A DNA stretch of 64,000 nucleotides from positions 98,458,001 through 98,522,000 of the forward strand of contig NC_087437.1 in the NCBI RefSeq assembly GCF_036321535.1, read 5' to 3'. This document shows, piece by piece, positions 25,995 to 38,200 of this stretch. Position 1 is the stretch's first letter, and each line of letters starts with the position of its first letter. Position numbers and translations under genes: made by a program. This DNA comes from Camelus dromedarius. Lineage: Eukaryota. Under the pieces are notes generated by a model. It saw only the letters and a list, made by a program, of their open reading frames with translations, did not search any database and was not told where the DNA came from.

Positions 25995-27728
25995 CCCATT
26001 CATCTATTGACAGACACTTAGGTTGTTTCCATATCTTGGCTATTGTGAATAATGAATAAACATGGGAGTGCATATGTCTTTTCAAAATCCTGCTTTCATT
26101 TCCCTTGGATATATACCCAGGAGGGGAATTGCTGGATCAATGGTAGTTCTACATTTAATTTTTTGAGGAACCTCCATGCTATTTTCCATAGTGGCGGAGC
26201 CAATTTGCATTCCCTTCAACAGTGTGCAGGGTTCCCTTTTCTTCACATCCTTTCCAACACTTATTACCCTTTGTCTTCTTGATGATAGCCAATCCAACAG
26301 ATGCATGGTGATGTCATTGTGGTTTTGACATGCATTTTCCTGATAATTTGCAGTGGTAAGCACACTTTCATGTATCTGTTGGCCATTTGTATGTCCTCTT
26401 TGGAAAAATGTGTGCTTAGTTCTTCTGCCTATTTTTCAATCTCATGGTTTGAGTTTTGCTATTGAGTTCTATGAGTTCTTTATATATTTTGGATACTAAA
26501 CTCCTATCAGATAAATAATTTGCAATTTCCTCTCATTCCATGGGTTGTCTCTTCTTTTTGTTGATGGTTTCCTTTGCTGTACAAAAACTTTTTAGTTTGA
26601 TGTAGTCTCATTTGTTTATTTTTGCTTTTTTTGCCTTTGCTTTTGGTGGCAAATGTAAAAACTCATTGCTAAGACTGATGTCAAGGAGCTTACCCCTTAT
26701 ATTTCTTCTAGGACTTTTATGGCTTCAGGTCTTACATTCAAGTCTTTATTCCATTTTGAATTGATTTTACTGTATATTATAAGATAGGGGCCTAGGTTCC
26801 TTTTTTTGCATGGGGCTGTCTAGGTTTTCCCAGTACCACTTATTGAAGAGATTATTCTTTCCCCATTGTATGTTTTTGCCTCTTTTGTCATAGGTTAATT
26901 GACCATATAGGGATGAGTTTATATCTAGGGATGGGCCCTCTATTCTGTTTCACTGATCTATATGTCTCTTTTTATTCCAGTATAATACTGTTTTGATTAC
27001 TAAAGCTTTGTAATATGGTTTGAAATCAGAAGTGTGATGCCTCCAGTTTTGTTTTTCTTTCTCAATATTGCTTCTGCTATTCAGGCTCTTTTACAGTCCC
27101 ATACAAATTTTAAGATTGTTTTTTATATTTCTGAGAAAAATGCCATTGGGATTTTGATGGGTATTGCATTGAATCTATAGATAGCTTCGGGTATTAATTA
27201 TGGACATTTTAACAATATTAGTTCTTTCATCCATAAGCACAGAATATCTTTCTATTTATCTGTGTCTTCAATTTCTTCCATCAGTGTACAGATCTTTCAC
27301 CTCATTGGTTAAATTTATTCCTAGTTATTTTATTCTTTTTGATGCAACTATAAATGAAACTGTTTTCTTAATTCTCTTTCTGATCATTTATTTTTAGTAT
27401 ATAGAAACACAAGTGATTTTTGTATGTTAATTTTGTATTCTACAACTTGACTGAATTAGTTTATTAGTTGAAAAAGTATTTTGGTAGAGTCTTTGGAGTT
27501 TTTCTAAATATTATAATATCATGCTATCTGCAAATAGAGATGATTTTATTTCTTCCTTTCTGATTTGGATATATTTTATTTCTTTTTCTTGCTTGACTTC
27601 TCTAGCTAGGACTGCCAGTATTATATTAAATAAGAGAGGTGAGAGTGGGCATTCTTGTCTTATTCCTGATCTTAGGGAAAGGGTTTTTAGCTGTTCACCA
27701 TTGAGTATGATGTTAGCTGTGGGCTTTG
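25995..27728 (-). mobile_element. L1 ORF2 fragment (RT domain to near C-terminus), degenerate
   Basis: Minus-strand translation gives [48 protein letters not shown] (FADD-like motif), and ORF 26082..26363 gives ..[21 protein letters not shown]; stops and frameshifts are present. Confidence 0.95.
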
Positions 27729-27875
27729 TTAATAATAATGTATCATTATTTGTTTATTAACTATAAAAAGTATACCATACTAATGTAAAATGCCTGAAGA
27801 AATTGAGAATGCAGGAACTCTGTTCTATAGTCATAATTTTTCTGTAAATCTATTCTAAATTTTAAGTTTTTTTTT
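27729..27875 (+). mobile_element. L1 (L1MC-like) extreme 3' end, opposite orientation to the adjacent ORF2 fragment
   Basis: ataataatgtatca..ttaact..taccatactaatgtaa..ggaactctgt..atttttctgtaaatcta..ttctaaa resembles L1MC-type 3' termini. Confidence 0.6.
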
Positions 27876-29851
27876 TTAAGAAAAGAGTGAATCCTTGGCA
27901 AAACTATAATGTAGGCAAGCAATTTATTGACCTCTTTCCCTCTTTTTAATTCCTCAACATCCCTAGCCCTGATGTGTGTTAGTGACTCAACAGTAATGCA
28001 TAAAGTATTATCTTTTATAATATGTATGTGTATGTACTTATACATACATAAGAAAGACCATACATACATCAAAGGATATGTATATATATGAAGATAATAT
28101 TTTATGTCTTATCATTGAGTTTGGGGATTGGTAAATAACCAAAAGCCTTTAAGACCTAAAGGAAGAAATTTCTACTGGTGAGGATGTAAGTCATTGTCAT
28201 ATCTGAATCAGGAGGATACCTCGTGGCAGGAGTAGGAACTTCTCAGCGTACTCCAATCTTAAAATCAGCCCTGACTATAATTAAGACATAAATTGAAGGA
28301 CAAAGACACATGAAAGCAGAAACAAAATCACAAGAAACACATGCTTTTGTATGAGGTGCTAAATATCACTTTCCTTATAGGCCATTATTGCCACGAAACA
28401 TTGAAGAAGAAGCAAGCTCAACAGACTGAAAGATTTCTCCCACCCCACCTATGGAAATGGTCAGGCTCCAAAATAAGACATATTGCAATTAGTCTGTAAG
28501 GAAAAAAAATGTTCCTGTGATCCTCAAAAATGCTGATCTGTATGTCACTTTCAATTTATTAATTTCATTTTGTTAATTATTCCCTGTGGTCACCTCAAGG
28601 GGTGCATTGTTCTTTCCCCATTTTTTTCAAGGTGAAGGAATGTTGGCTGAAAGAGGCTCACTGACTTTCCCGAGGTTATCTAGGGATTCACCAACAGAAT
28701 AAAAATTAGGCTCCAAATAATATCACTGAGCCATTGTTATCCTCTGCATCTTCCTGCTTTCTTCAATCCAGGGAGGCTCTAAATAAGGAGATAACATAAT
28801 TAAATAACTTTAGGGAAAATGCAAATGAATCAAATCTGGGGAAAGATGAAGATAAATTAATCAGACAAAGTGAGATAGCTAAGGAGTGTGTGGTGTTCAG
28901 GAGACAGCAAATTAGATTGCCATTTGTAAGTAATGAGATAGGACAACAAGAAAAGCCAGGGATGTTCTGGTCTGTACTCAGAGAGGGATAGGCTAACCCG
29001 ATGAGAAAGTCAGGCTGCTGCCAGCACGACATGCTGAGATCACACAGATTCTGGGGGACTCACTTTGGGGTCTAGGAACACCAAACTGGCAGACTTTGGA
29101 AGAACTCTAAGGAATGACATAGGCAGATAAAACGAAAAAAAAGCACTCAAGCCACTCCTCTCACTGTCCACTACCAAAGGCAAGATTAAGCCGGATGGAA
29201 CTGACTCAGCAAGCTGAATAACTCGGACCCGAGGCCTGCATTGACATGGTTTATTCAATTTTTATTGCCTTCAATTTTTGATATAGTAGTTTCCATTTGA
29301 TGGGGGCAACCCCACATTTATGTGAATTAAGTGTCTTACTACCTGCACAGAATGGCCTACGAGATTGCTCAGGCCTGCTTGCCCCTGAATCTCTCTCCCA
29401 CTGCTCTACCATGATGCTCTGTACTTCTGTGGCCTGATATTCTCAGCGTGAGAGAGTGAAAGCCCTGGGAGTAGAGAAATTCACTGCGGGAAGTTACGAT
29501 TTCCCAAAAGGCATAGTTAAAGTGTTTGTGTATTATTGAAGCAGACAAAGGTCCTCCAGTTCTCTTCTTTAGAGCATCTTCACAGGTCAGTTTGAGGCCT
29601 GACCTCTCTGACATCATGGAATTCATAGACGAGTACCTGCTCTAAGAGGGTAGCATTTGCATTATGCCTGGTGATCAAAGATTGGTTAGCTCCTTCCAAT
29701 CAATATTTTTCCAGCTGATAAGTGGGGTGATATCTACCCACCTCTTAAGGCAGGCAGAGCTGAGTAAGGTAAGCAGCAAGAGCTGATCCTGACCTGTTGG
29801 TGGTAGGTGGGAGAAATCTCACTGGACTCCTATGATAACCAGTAAAGTAAA

Positions 29852-30157
29852 TGCTATGGGCTGAATGTTTGTGTCCCCCCAAATTCATAAATTGAAACCT
29901 AATCCCCTAATATGATGGCATTAGGATGTGGGATTGGCAGAGCCTCCATGAATGAAATCAGTGCCCCATAAAAGAGACCCAGAGAGTTCCCCTGCTCCCT
30001 CTGCCGTGGGAGGATACAGTGAGAATATGACTATCTATGAACTAGGAAGCAGGATTTCTAGTAGGGAGGAGGATTTCCCACCAGACACCTTGACCTTAGA
30101 TTTCTAGCCTCCAGAATGATGAGAAAAATTTCTGTTTTTTTACAAACCACCCAGTCT
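29852..30157 (+). mobile_element. MLT1A-type MaLR LTR (3' end clipped)
   Basis: TGCTATGGGCTGAATGTTTGTGTCCCCCCAAATTCATA...aaagagacccagagag...ccttgaccttagatttctagcctccagaa..gagaaa..ttctgtt..ccacccagtct. Confidence 0.9.
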
Positions 30158-30992
30158 CTCATATCCTGAATGAACTAGAGAGTGAATCAATTCTATGTTT
30201 GTAGACAATGGCTGCTAAGTGGAGACACTTGAAGGTTATATTGTGTAGGGAAGGAGAATTCAAAAGGAAACTAAGTTTACCTACTTCCTTCTGCTTGAAC
30301 GAACTCTTCATCTCCTTTTTCATCTCAGAAGCCTGATGATTCTCTATTTCCCTGATGACCAAGGTCGGGGAGAGCCACCTTGGGATCCTCCATCTCCTCA
30401 TGTCCTGCCCTCACTCTTGACATGATCTCCTGACCTTTTAAAGGTCAACCTCCACAGGGAAGGATGACTCAGTGCCTGACATAACAACATGAAGAATTTG
30501 TCGACAGAATCAATATTCTAAATGGATGGGTCTGTGTTTTCTTCTGCCCATAGCCCTGTTGGAATAACACTGACCATCTGGAAAAATAATTTAATCAGGC
30601 TAAGGAATGGTTTCCAAAAACAGCTACAGAAATTGCCACGAGTTGATTTAGTTCCAGTCTGACCAGGAGGAAATCAAGAACATAGTAGACAATGTTCGGG
30701 GGGAATTAAATGCTGAAGTCTTGACAAATGTGTTTTGATCCCAGAAAGGCTAAAGGGGAAAGTAGGTCTTAAAGAAAACATGGAAGTAGAGAATCATCAG
30801 GCTTCTGAGATGAAATAGGAGACGGAGAGTTCATTCAAGCAGAAGGCTAGACAGATGAGCTGCTTTGGGAAGGGAGGGGAAACTCTCTAGCATCTAGAGG
30901 AAACTAGTAGAGAATTTCTTTCCTCCTTCTTTGCTCTGGGCCTGGGACAAGGCAAAAACTCATCCTTCAAAGTATGTGTATGTAGTTCTTTC

Positions 30993-31185
30993 ATGTTTCT
31001 ATTACATTTTTTAAAATTTATGTTTTATTGAAGTATAATCAGTTTACAATCTTATGTCAATTTCTGGTGTACAGCATAATGTTTCTATTACATTTTTTAA
31101 AATTTATGTTTTATTGAAGTATAATCAGTTTACAATCTTATGTCAATTTCTGGTGTACAGCATAATGTTTCTATTACATTTTTTA
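30993..31185 (-). mobile_element. tandemly duplicated tiny L1 3'-end insertion (TSD-L1-TSD-L1-TSD; 86-bp period)
   Basis: 30993-31078 equals 31079-31164, and the 21-nt atgtttctattacatttttta occurs at 30993, 31079 and 31165. The insert ttttattgaagtataatcagtttacaat..tttctggtgtacagcata matches the other L1 3' ends in the window. Confidence 0.9.
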
Positions 31186-32063
31186 TCCTTTATGGGGCTA
31201 ACCATTTGAATGCTTCTAAAAATCTGCCTCCTTTGCTCTAAGGTGCTGATCTGGCATTGCTCAACTGAAGGTTTCAGACCAAAGACATCTGGAACTGAAG
31301 AATCCCTGTTCTTGGTTCATTTAGGCCATGAAAGCATCAGGTAAACAAGAACTGCATCCATCATACAGAGAAAAGTCTATAATGCTTGTGTTTATTATTT
31401 TATTTCTATTACTTCCTAATTTTTAAATTTTAATTGACATTGACAGGATTTCCCTCAACAACAGAAAAGCACACGGGCTTAATACTAGTACTTACGACCA
31501 CAGTGGTTATAATTGCCTAATAGTTGCCTAATACGTAACTGAAAGCTGAAGAAGTTCTCTACAGGGTCAGAACAAGAACTAATTAAGGATTTTTTAGAGG
31601 GATATTACCAGTTATAAATGTCAAGTCAAGGAATAAAGAGACTAACCTAGCTTTACTGCAAAGACTTTGACTGGCCTTACCTCCTGAACCCATGACTTCC
31701 CAGCAAGTCAGATGTCACACAATGCATGGGGGTGCATGGGGGTTCCTTAACAATCCAGATTAGCTAAAAGCCAGAGGAGGCAGGGGGCCTTGTCTCTCAT
31801 TGGTGCTCAGAGAGTTTCATGGGTAATTTCCATCGATGTTCATGAGAACTACATGAACTAATCCTTCAGCTCAGACCAATTTGTACAGAGCATTCATTAA
31901 CCAGTACCTAAAATATTGCAGAAATGTCCTGGTGGATATATTGCCAAAACAAATTTGGGAGCATTAACTGTGTTTTGTTCACTGAAAGAATTTAGTGAAT
32001 TATAAGGGTCAAAGGCAAGATGACATGCGTGGAAAAGTGAATAAACATACAAAGAGGAGGGAA

Positions 32064-32215
32064 GACTCTCCAACACAGTAGCCACAAGCCACATGCAGCA
32101 ATGTAAGCTTAAATTAATTAAATGATGTTTCAAATTCAGTTCCTCAGTCACACTAGCACACTTCACGTGCTCATTAGCCAGTGTGGCTAGTAGCTACCCT
32201 ATTGCAGGATGTAGA
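32064..32215. mobile_element. MER3-like hAT-Charlie DNA transposon
   Basis: tccaacacagtagccacaagccacatg..aaattcagttcctcagtcacactagc.cacttca.gtgctca.tagcca.tgtggctagt.gctacc.tattg. Confidence 0.8.
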
Positions 32216-33180
32216 GAGAGAACGTGTTTGTCAATGCTGAACCATACTGATCTATTGCAGCCTTCCAGCCTCTGTCCCCACCCCAACTGACAGCGTGTGG
32301 AATTTTCATATCCTGCCTTGTGTGATTTCAAGACTCACATTGGCTCCAGTAGAAACCAGAAAAAACACTTAGGACAAAGTTGTTGTTGCCACCATCACTG
32401 TCTGAGCAGCTAATGAACTGGATGACCTTAGAGATAGGCACAACTTTGGGGCCTGAGTTTCTGTGCCTGAGAAAATCTGAATTGACCCCACAGCTATCCA
32501 GCCTTCTTTCTCTAGGTTGTGGTCATGTGTTCCTGTGGTCTATGTCTGGTGTTAGCTGCTGCCTACACCTCTAACTAGGCAGCCAGTGAGTACAGTGAGA
32601 TAAAGGTGTAGGAGAAACAGTCCTTTGTGATCCCAGCCTGTACGTTGCCCAGGTCTGTCTCGTCACAATTGTTTCCTCATTCATGTGAGCGTGAGAGTTC
32701 AAAGTCAGGGTTTAGGGTCTAGAGGCAGATTATGAGGTATAATAAAAGATCCTAGAATTACTGGGACAATAACCTGTAAGTATGTACGAATGACATTACA
32801 TGATTAGCAAAGATGTGGGAGAAATCTATCTCATGAAATAAGCTTAGTTGTCAAACCATGTTTAGTCCAAAATCTTTCTTTTTTTGTAATCATTTACGTG
32901 GGATTTTCAGATAATCTTTATGTGGGAATAGGTAAATAATGCTTAAAAAAAAAAAAAGAACATAAAAAAACAGCCAAACACTCCCTGTCTTGAACTTCCC
33001 CTCCTTTAACTGATCCAGCCTTTGACAGAGAACTTGAGCCAGTGCCACAGAAGGAGGCTGCTCCTTCTGTTTACAAAAACGTCTGAGGAGAAGAGTGGGA
33101 GAAGTGTAGTTATTTCTCTAACTAAAATCGGTTATTTAGTTCTAAAAAGACCTAAGGAGTTAATTTTAAAATAATCACAG

Positions 33181-33262
33181 TGATGATGGTGATGATGGTG
33201 ATGTGATGATGATGATGGTGATGTGATGATGATGATGGTGTCATGATGATGCTGGTGATGAT
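33181..33262. repeat. imperfect (GAT/GGT)n trinucleotide repeat
   Basis: tgatgatggtgatgatggtgatgtgatgatgatgatggtg... read directly. Confidence 0.9.
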
Positions 33263-33427
33263 GTGCTTATTCTCCAGTTGTGAGCACTCAATATATGCAT
33301 GTGGCTGACAACACAGAGAAATCAGAAGCACTTTCCTTAGCCAACTAGACCTGCGCTCCAGGAATAATTATTTTTTGGCAAGTTGCTCCTGAAAAGGTTA
33401 ATGTAGTTAGGTGCTGTACTTCATCTT

Positions 33428-33754
33428 TTTTTTTTTTTAATTGAAGTACAGTCAGTTACTATGTGTCAATTTCTGGTATAAAGCACAATGTCCCAGTCAT
33501 GAATATATATACATTTATTCATTTTCGTATTCTTTTTCATTAAAGATTATTGCAAGATATTGAGCATAGTTCCCTGTGCTATACAGAAGAAACTTGTTTT
33601 TTAATCTATTTTTTTTATATAGTAGCTAACATTTGTGAATTTATCCCCTCCCACCCCCTTTCGCCAGTAACCATAAGATTGTTTACTACGTGTCTGTGAG
33701 TCTATTTCTGCTTTGTAGATGAGTTCATAGTGTCTTTTTTTTTTTTTTTTTTTT
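33428..33754 (-). mobile_element. 5'-truncated Cetartiodactyla-type L1 3' end with 11-bp TSD
   Basis: Poly-T, then aattgaagtacagtcagtt..atagttccctgtgctatacag..taaccataag..tctgtgagtctatttctg. TSD tacttcatctt at 33417-33427 and 33755-33765, the latter followed by AA (TCTT/AA endonuclease site). Confidence 0.9.
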
Positions 33755-35002
33755 TACTTCATCTTAACTTCTGCTTCTGATGACCAGGCAAAGATGACAG
33801 AGTGAGAGACCTAAGGACAATGTTTACAATCCTGCATGAAGATAATTCTTATCCTCTTGTCTCATTCATATCCTCGCAATGAAAACAAACACACACACTG
33901 AATGTTGTGTACCTGGAATAGGTTGAGGCGAGCCGTGACTCTCTTCTGACAGAGGTGCTGCATGCATTTGAGTTAATCCAAAAGTTCTCTGTGGTTTGGC
34001 AAGGAGAGTTTTGAGTTTCAATTCCGTGACTGCTGTTTAAACTGCAGAGTTGATGCACAAATGATCCATAACGCATTTTGGCATATTAAATCGTCTTCAC
34101 AGTTCTAATATGCCATGAAACCCAATTTACATATAACGGAGGCACAGAAGATGAAAAGCTGAGAACAGACTCCTGTTTCAAAAGGCATCAGGCACACTAC
34201 TTTATTTTCTTGAAGCACCACTAACTTCTATAAATCCGTTGCTGGAAAAGGTTATTAAGCTGCCAGGCCCTTCTTCTTTCTTCTCAATCCTTAATTCCCC
34301 TCCTCCTCTCACACACCATATGGGAACTCTTCTCTCTCCCCCTCCCACTCTTCTTTTTTCTTTTTATCCCATAGCTCTTTTTTCTTGAGCTCAGAATCTT
34401 TGGACCACAACACACATACTCCTTCTCTTTCTGTTTAGACTTGCAGTGCATTTGGAGTTATTATTTCTTTTCCTTTCCTTTTGTTTTCTTTCTTTCTATT
34501 TTTTTTTTTTTTGGCCTATGGCAGATGTGACATAGTAATAGAACGTAGCAATAAAATATGCAACAGACAAGAAAACAGCTTTTCAGATTCTAGAGTGATC
34601 TCTTAAAGGTAGCACCTAGATAATAATACAAGACTAGGGTGTGACCAGTGGGCATGATGTCCCACCACCATATCATAAGGCTGTAGAGACGAGAGGCTTC
34701 CAAACCAGAGAATCCCAACCCATCATCCAGTTATTAGCTCTGTGGTGTACAGCCAAAAACATCACGGTAAGGACAGAATGCAAAAGCTGGCTTTCACCAC
34801 ACCTCAAAAATGTAATATCTTTGAATTAGGTCAGTAAATACTAAAACTTTACTTAATCGTGTCTCTTGGAAAAATAATGAGAATGTTTTATGTTATAGTA
34901 TAATTAAAATTAACACTCTCAACCATCATTGTCAGCTGCTTGGCACTGGATAAAAAAAGACTTTGTCTGCCAAAGTTTTGCTTTTCTCCAGGGTTCCTAG
35001 AC

Positions 35003-35201
35003 CAGGGTTTCTCAATCTTGGCACCATTCACATTTTGGGCCAGATAATCCTTTGTTGTGGAGGCTTGTCTTGTGCTTTGCAGGATGTTTAGCATCATCCA
35101 TGTCCTCTACCCATTAGATGCCAGGAGCATCTCCCCATTTGTGACCACCATTGCCAAAGACCTGCTTGGGAAGCAAAATAACTCCCAGTAGAGAACCACA
35201 G
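35003..35201 (-). mobile_element. MER20 DNA transposon
   Basis: CAGGGTTTCTCAATCTTGGCACCATT..ttttgggccagataat.ctttgttgtgg..gcaggatgtttagca.catcc..ctctaccca.tagatgccag..GAGAACCACAG. Confidence 0.9.
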
Positions 35202-38200
35202 CCATAGACTCACAAGTTGTGGATCTTTCGTCTCATGTTTCCTTCTACTTCTCTTTAATGCTCAGTCCTTTCTCCACCCCCTAGCAATGGACATCTACTC
35301 CTATCCAAACACAGACCCTCTCCATGCCTTCTCTCAACTGATTCTGTCTCAGCTGCATGAAACTGTCTTGACAATATCTGCATAAACCATAACTGATTCC
35401 CCTGAGCCTCAAAATTACATACAATGACTCAGTAGGAAAACATGAAACAATGAAGAAAAATACAATAGCTATAAAGTGTAAGGAATTCAAATCTAACTTT
35501 TTAGGTCTCTTTGTTGGGGACTCAAGCCTGTATTGATTGCTTATGGCTTGAGTTGACTATCTAGAACAGTTTGAAAGTGACATTATGGGGTGAGCTTGAA
35601 ACACCCTTGAAGAATAAAGGACTGAAGTTTACATCCCATGCAATTTTTCTCCTTGTGGAAATGTATACATCTTATGGATTTCCTATAAAAAATTACTCGC
35701 CATGAATTTTGCATAACTCTGTAAACTTCTCTAAACCCTCTAAGTCTTACTCTCCTTGGCCTCCTTATATTCAGCAGGTAACCACATCTCTGACTTTAAA
35801 CTGTGAAAATTGACAAGAAGATCCCAGACACCTGATGTGAGCATTCTCTTTTCATTTGTCTTCTTTCTTCATTAAAACATCTCTTCTCCCCATGCCCTCA
35901 GCTACACTGAATTATTTCTCAGTATATTCCCTCAACTTCTTTTTTATTTTTGCCTTTGGTTTCAGTGGATGAGATAGCCCTCCTCTTCAAAACTAACCTC
36001 TTGATTTGTGTCCATGAGCTTAAGCCTCTGATTATCTACTTTCTTTGCATCTTCAATATCTTACCTTCCAACCTGTCTGTAAGTATCACTGTCCGCTCCA
36101 CCCTTTGCTCTGCCATTATCTCAAGCTTTTCATTCAAAATCTCTCAGTCCTTCTTCTGTCTTTCTCTGTTTTTCTCCCAATAGATTTTTCCAAAGAATAA
36201 CTTATTCTCTTTATTTTAACCCTACTGCTTCTACTCCTTGCAGGCTTGTTTCTAACCTCACAGATCTGCTGAAACCACTTCAGCTGTTTAACAGTGACAA
36301 CTCAATCATTAAATCACTGGGTTTTGGGATCTTGACCTTTGAGAATTTGATACAATGATTACTTAACAGATTTTTAAGCTTTCTTAGCTCCCATACTACT
36401 GCTATCTCCTGATTTTCTATCTGCTACCTTTGCTACTTCTTTTCTTTGCTATCATCTCCAAATACTTGAGGAAAATGAACTCATGGCTTTGAATACCTGA
36501 CTTTCTGTCTAGCGTATCCAGTCTTCAATAGCATTTCCATTCAGAGACTCCAATGCTACTATTAAAAATAGATTCAGCAACTTTTCTTTTAACTTGGAGG
36601 TGGCGTCCCTTCTCCTCTGGGGAACTCCTCTTTATGTGTCTCTCTTTTCATTATAAGACAACATCTTCAATCATTTTGGGTAGAATCTTTGGAACTTGGA
36701 GACTTGCTTGGCTTGGGCAACAGAGCTGTCATTTCATGATCCTATCAGGCTCTTTATTATAAATACTGATGTCAGTTTTGAAGGAAGCAGAAGATGGGGG
36801 CAAGGCATAAAAGTAGAAATTTTTGCTAATAAGAGTCGATATATAGACATAAATATGCATATGGGGAGGGTGAGAGGTGGGAGAGAAATTGTTAAATCAT
36901 TCCAGATTACTGCCTAAAACTGAAAAGTGAGAAATAATATAATATGCTATTTAGAATCTTATAGACAAAAACAGAATGGGTAAGCTAAAAGTTTGAAATT
37001 AGCTCTGGGGAAAGGGAAATGGAGGGCTCTGGTGGAGTTGTGCTTGATGGTAATAAGTGTTTAGAATTGCCTAACCCTTTAACTATGCATATGGAAATAA
37101 AACCCAAATATCGACATAAAAACCACATCATCAACATACATAATTAACCACAAAGAATAGAGAAGGGTGTGGGATGTACCATAACACAAGGGTGGCTCCT
37201 GCCACGTGGGCAAGATGGACAAGTCTGTAAAAGGAGGGAGGAGAGCGGAAATGAGTTAAGATGTCAGTCTGTGCTGGTTCTCTGGCTCACGCCCTAGGTT
37301 TGAAACCCATGGGAGAAGGGAGTGGCTGCTAGGAATCTCAGCACTAAAGGAGGGTATACCCTATTTTCCACCGACCAGTCTGAGTGCCTCTCTCCCACCT
37401 CAGCAGCCCCAGCAGAGTAGAAGTGGTGTGTGAGGCAGATGGCAGGGTCTTGAAAGAGTGTCCACCCGCCGAGCTGTCCTGATCACCTGTAGCATGGAGA
37501 CAGTACGGCCCTTAGACCCCTGCTCGGGCCTCACACTTGAAGGGGGTACACATTGGCCTTTCTCTGACCAGGTCCTGTCCTACAAGACTGGAAGTCCTGG
37601 GGACCAAGGGACTTGCCCACCCAGGGCTCATTTCACTGCTACCATTCCAAGCCATGCTCTGGACCCTTGGGGTTCTGGAAATTCTGCCAAGATTGTCCTC
37701 ATCCTTCACCCAGGCTTTGCGTGTCTCTTCTTGGATCCAGTCTCTGGAAGGTAAGCCTTCCCACTAGTGTGTGCACCCGTAGGGCCGGGTCGAGGCCAAG
37801 AAGTGATTATTTGTGTTTGTGTGTGTGGGGGTTGGTGTGGGCTGCAGATGGGATCCTCTGTACGTGGGCTGGGATTTCCACACAGGTGTGTTAAAGGCCA
37901 AAAGGCCACAGGCCATGGGGAAAGCAGCCGGTGGTGGGAGGAGAATGGAAAGTGGATTAGAAAGTGGGGCTTGCTTCCCTCATGTCAGCCCACCTCAGCG
38001 TAGGGCTACAGGCAGTCTAACATTTTGAAATTCAAATGACCTGAGTCATTATAGAAGCGTATTTGTCAAGGGAAAAGTACAGAATCTATTTTATTCAACG
38101 ATCGTTTTGCTCAGTAATATTTAGAATCACGGTGTGTGGGCCTCCATCAGTACCATCGCCCTGAGCCCCGTGCGGTGTGGCAGGCCCGGAGGAAGAGATC

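Noticed and set aside
26052..27760. ORFs in the L1 region as functional genes
   Set aside because: Degenerate L1 ORF2 (FADD altered to FADS, multiple stops) and its antisense frames.
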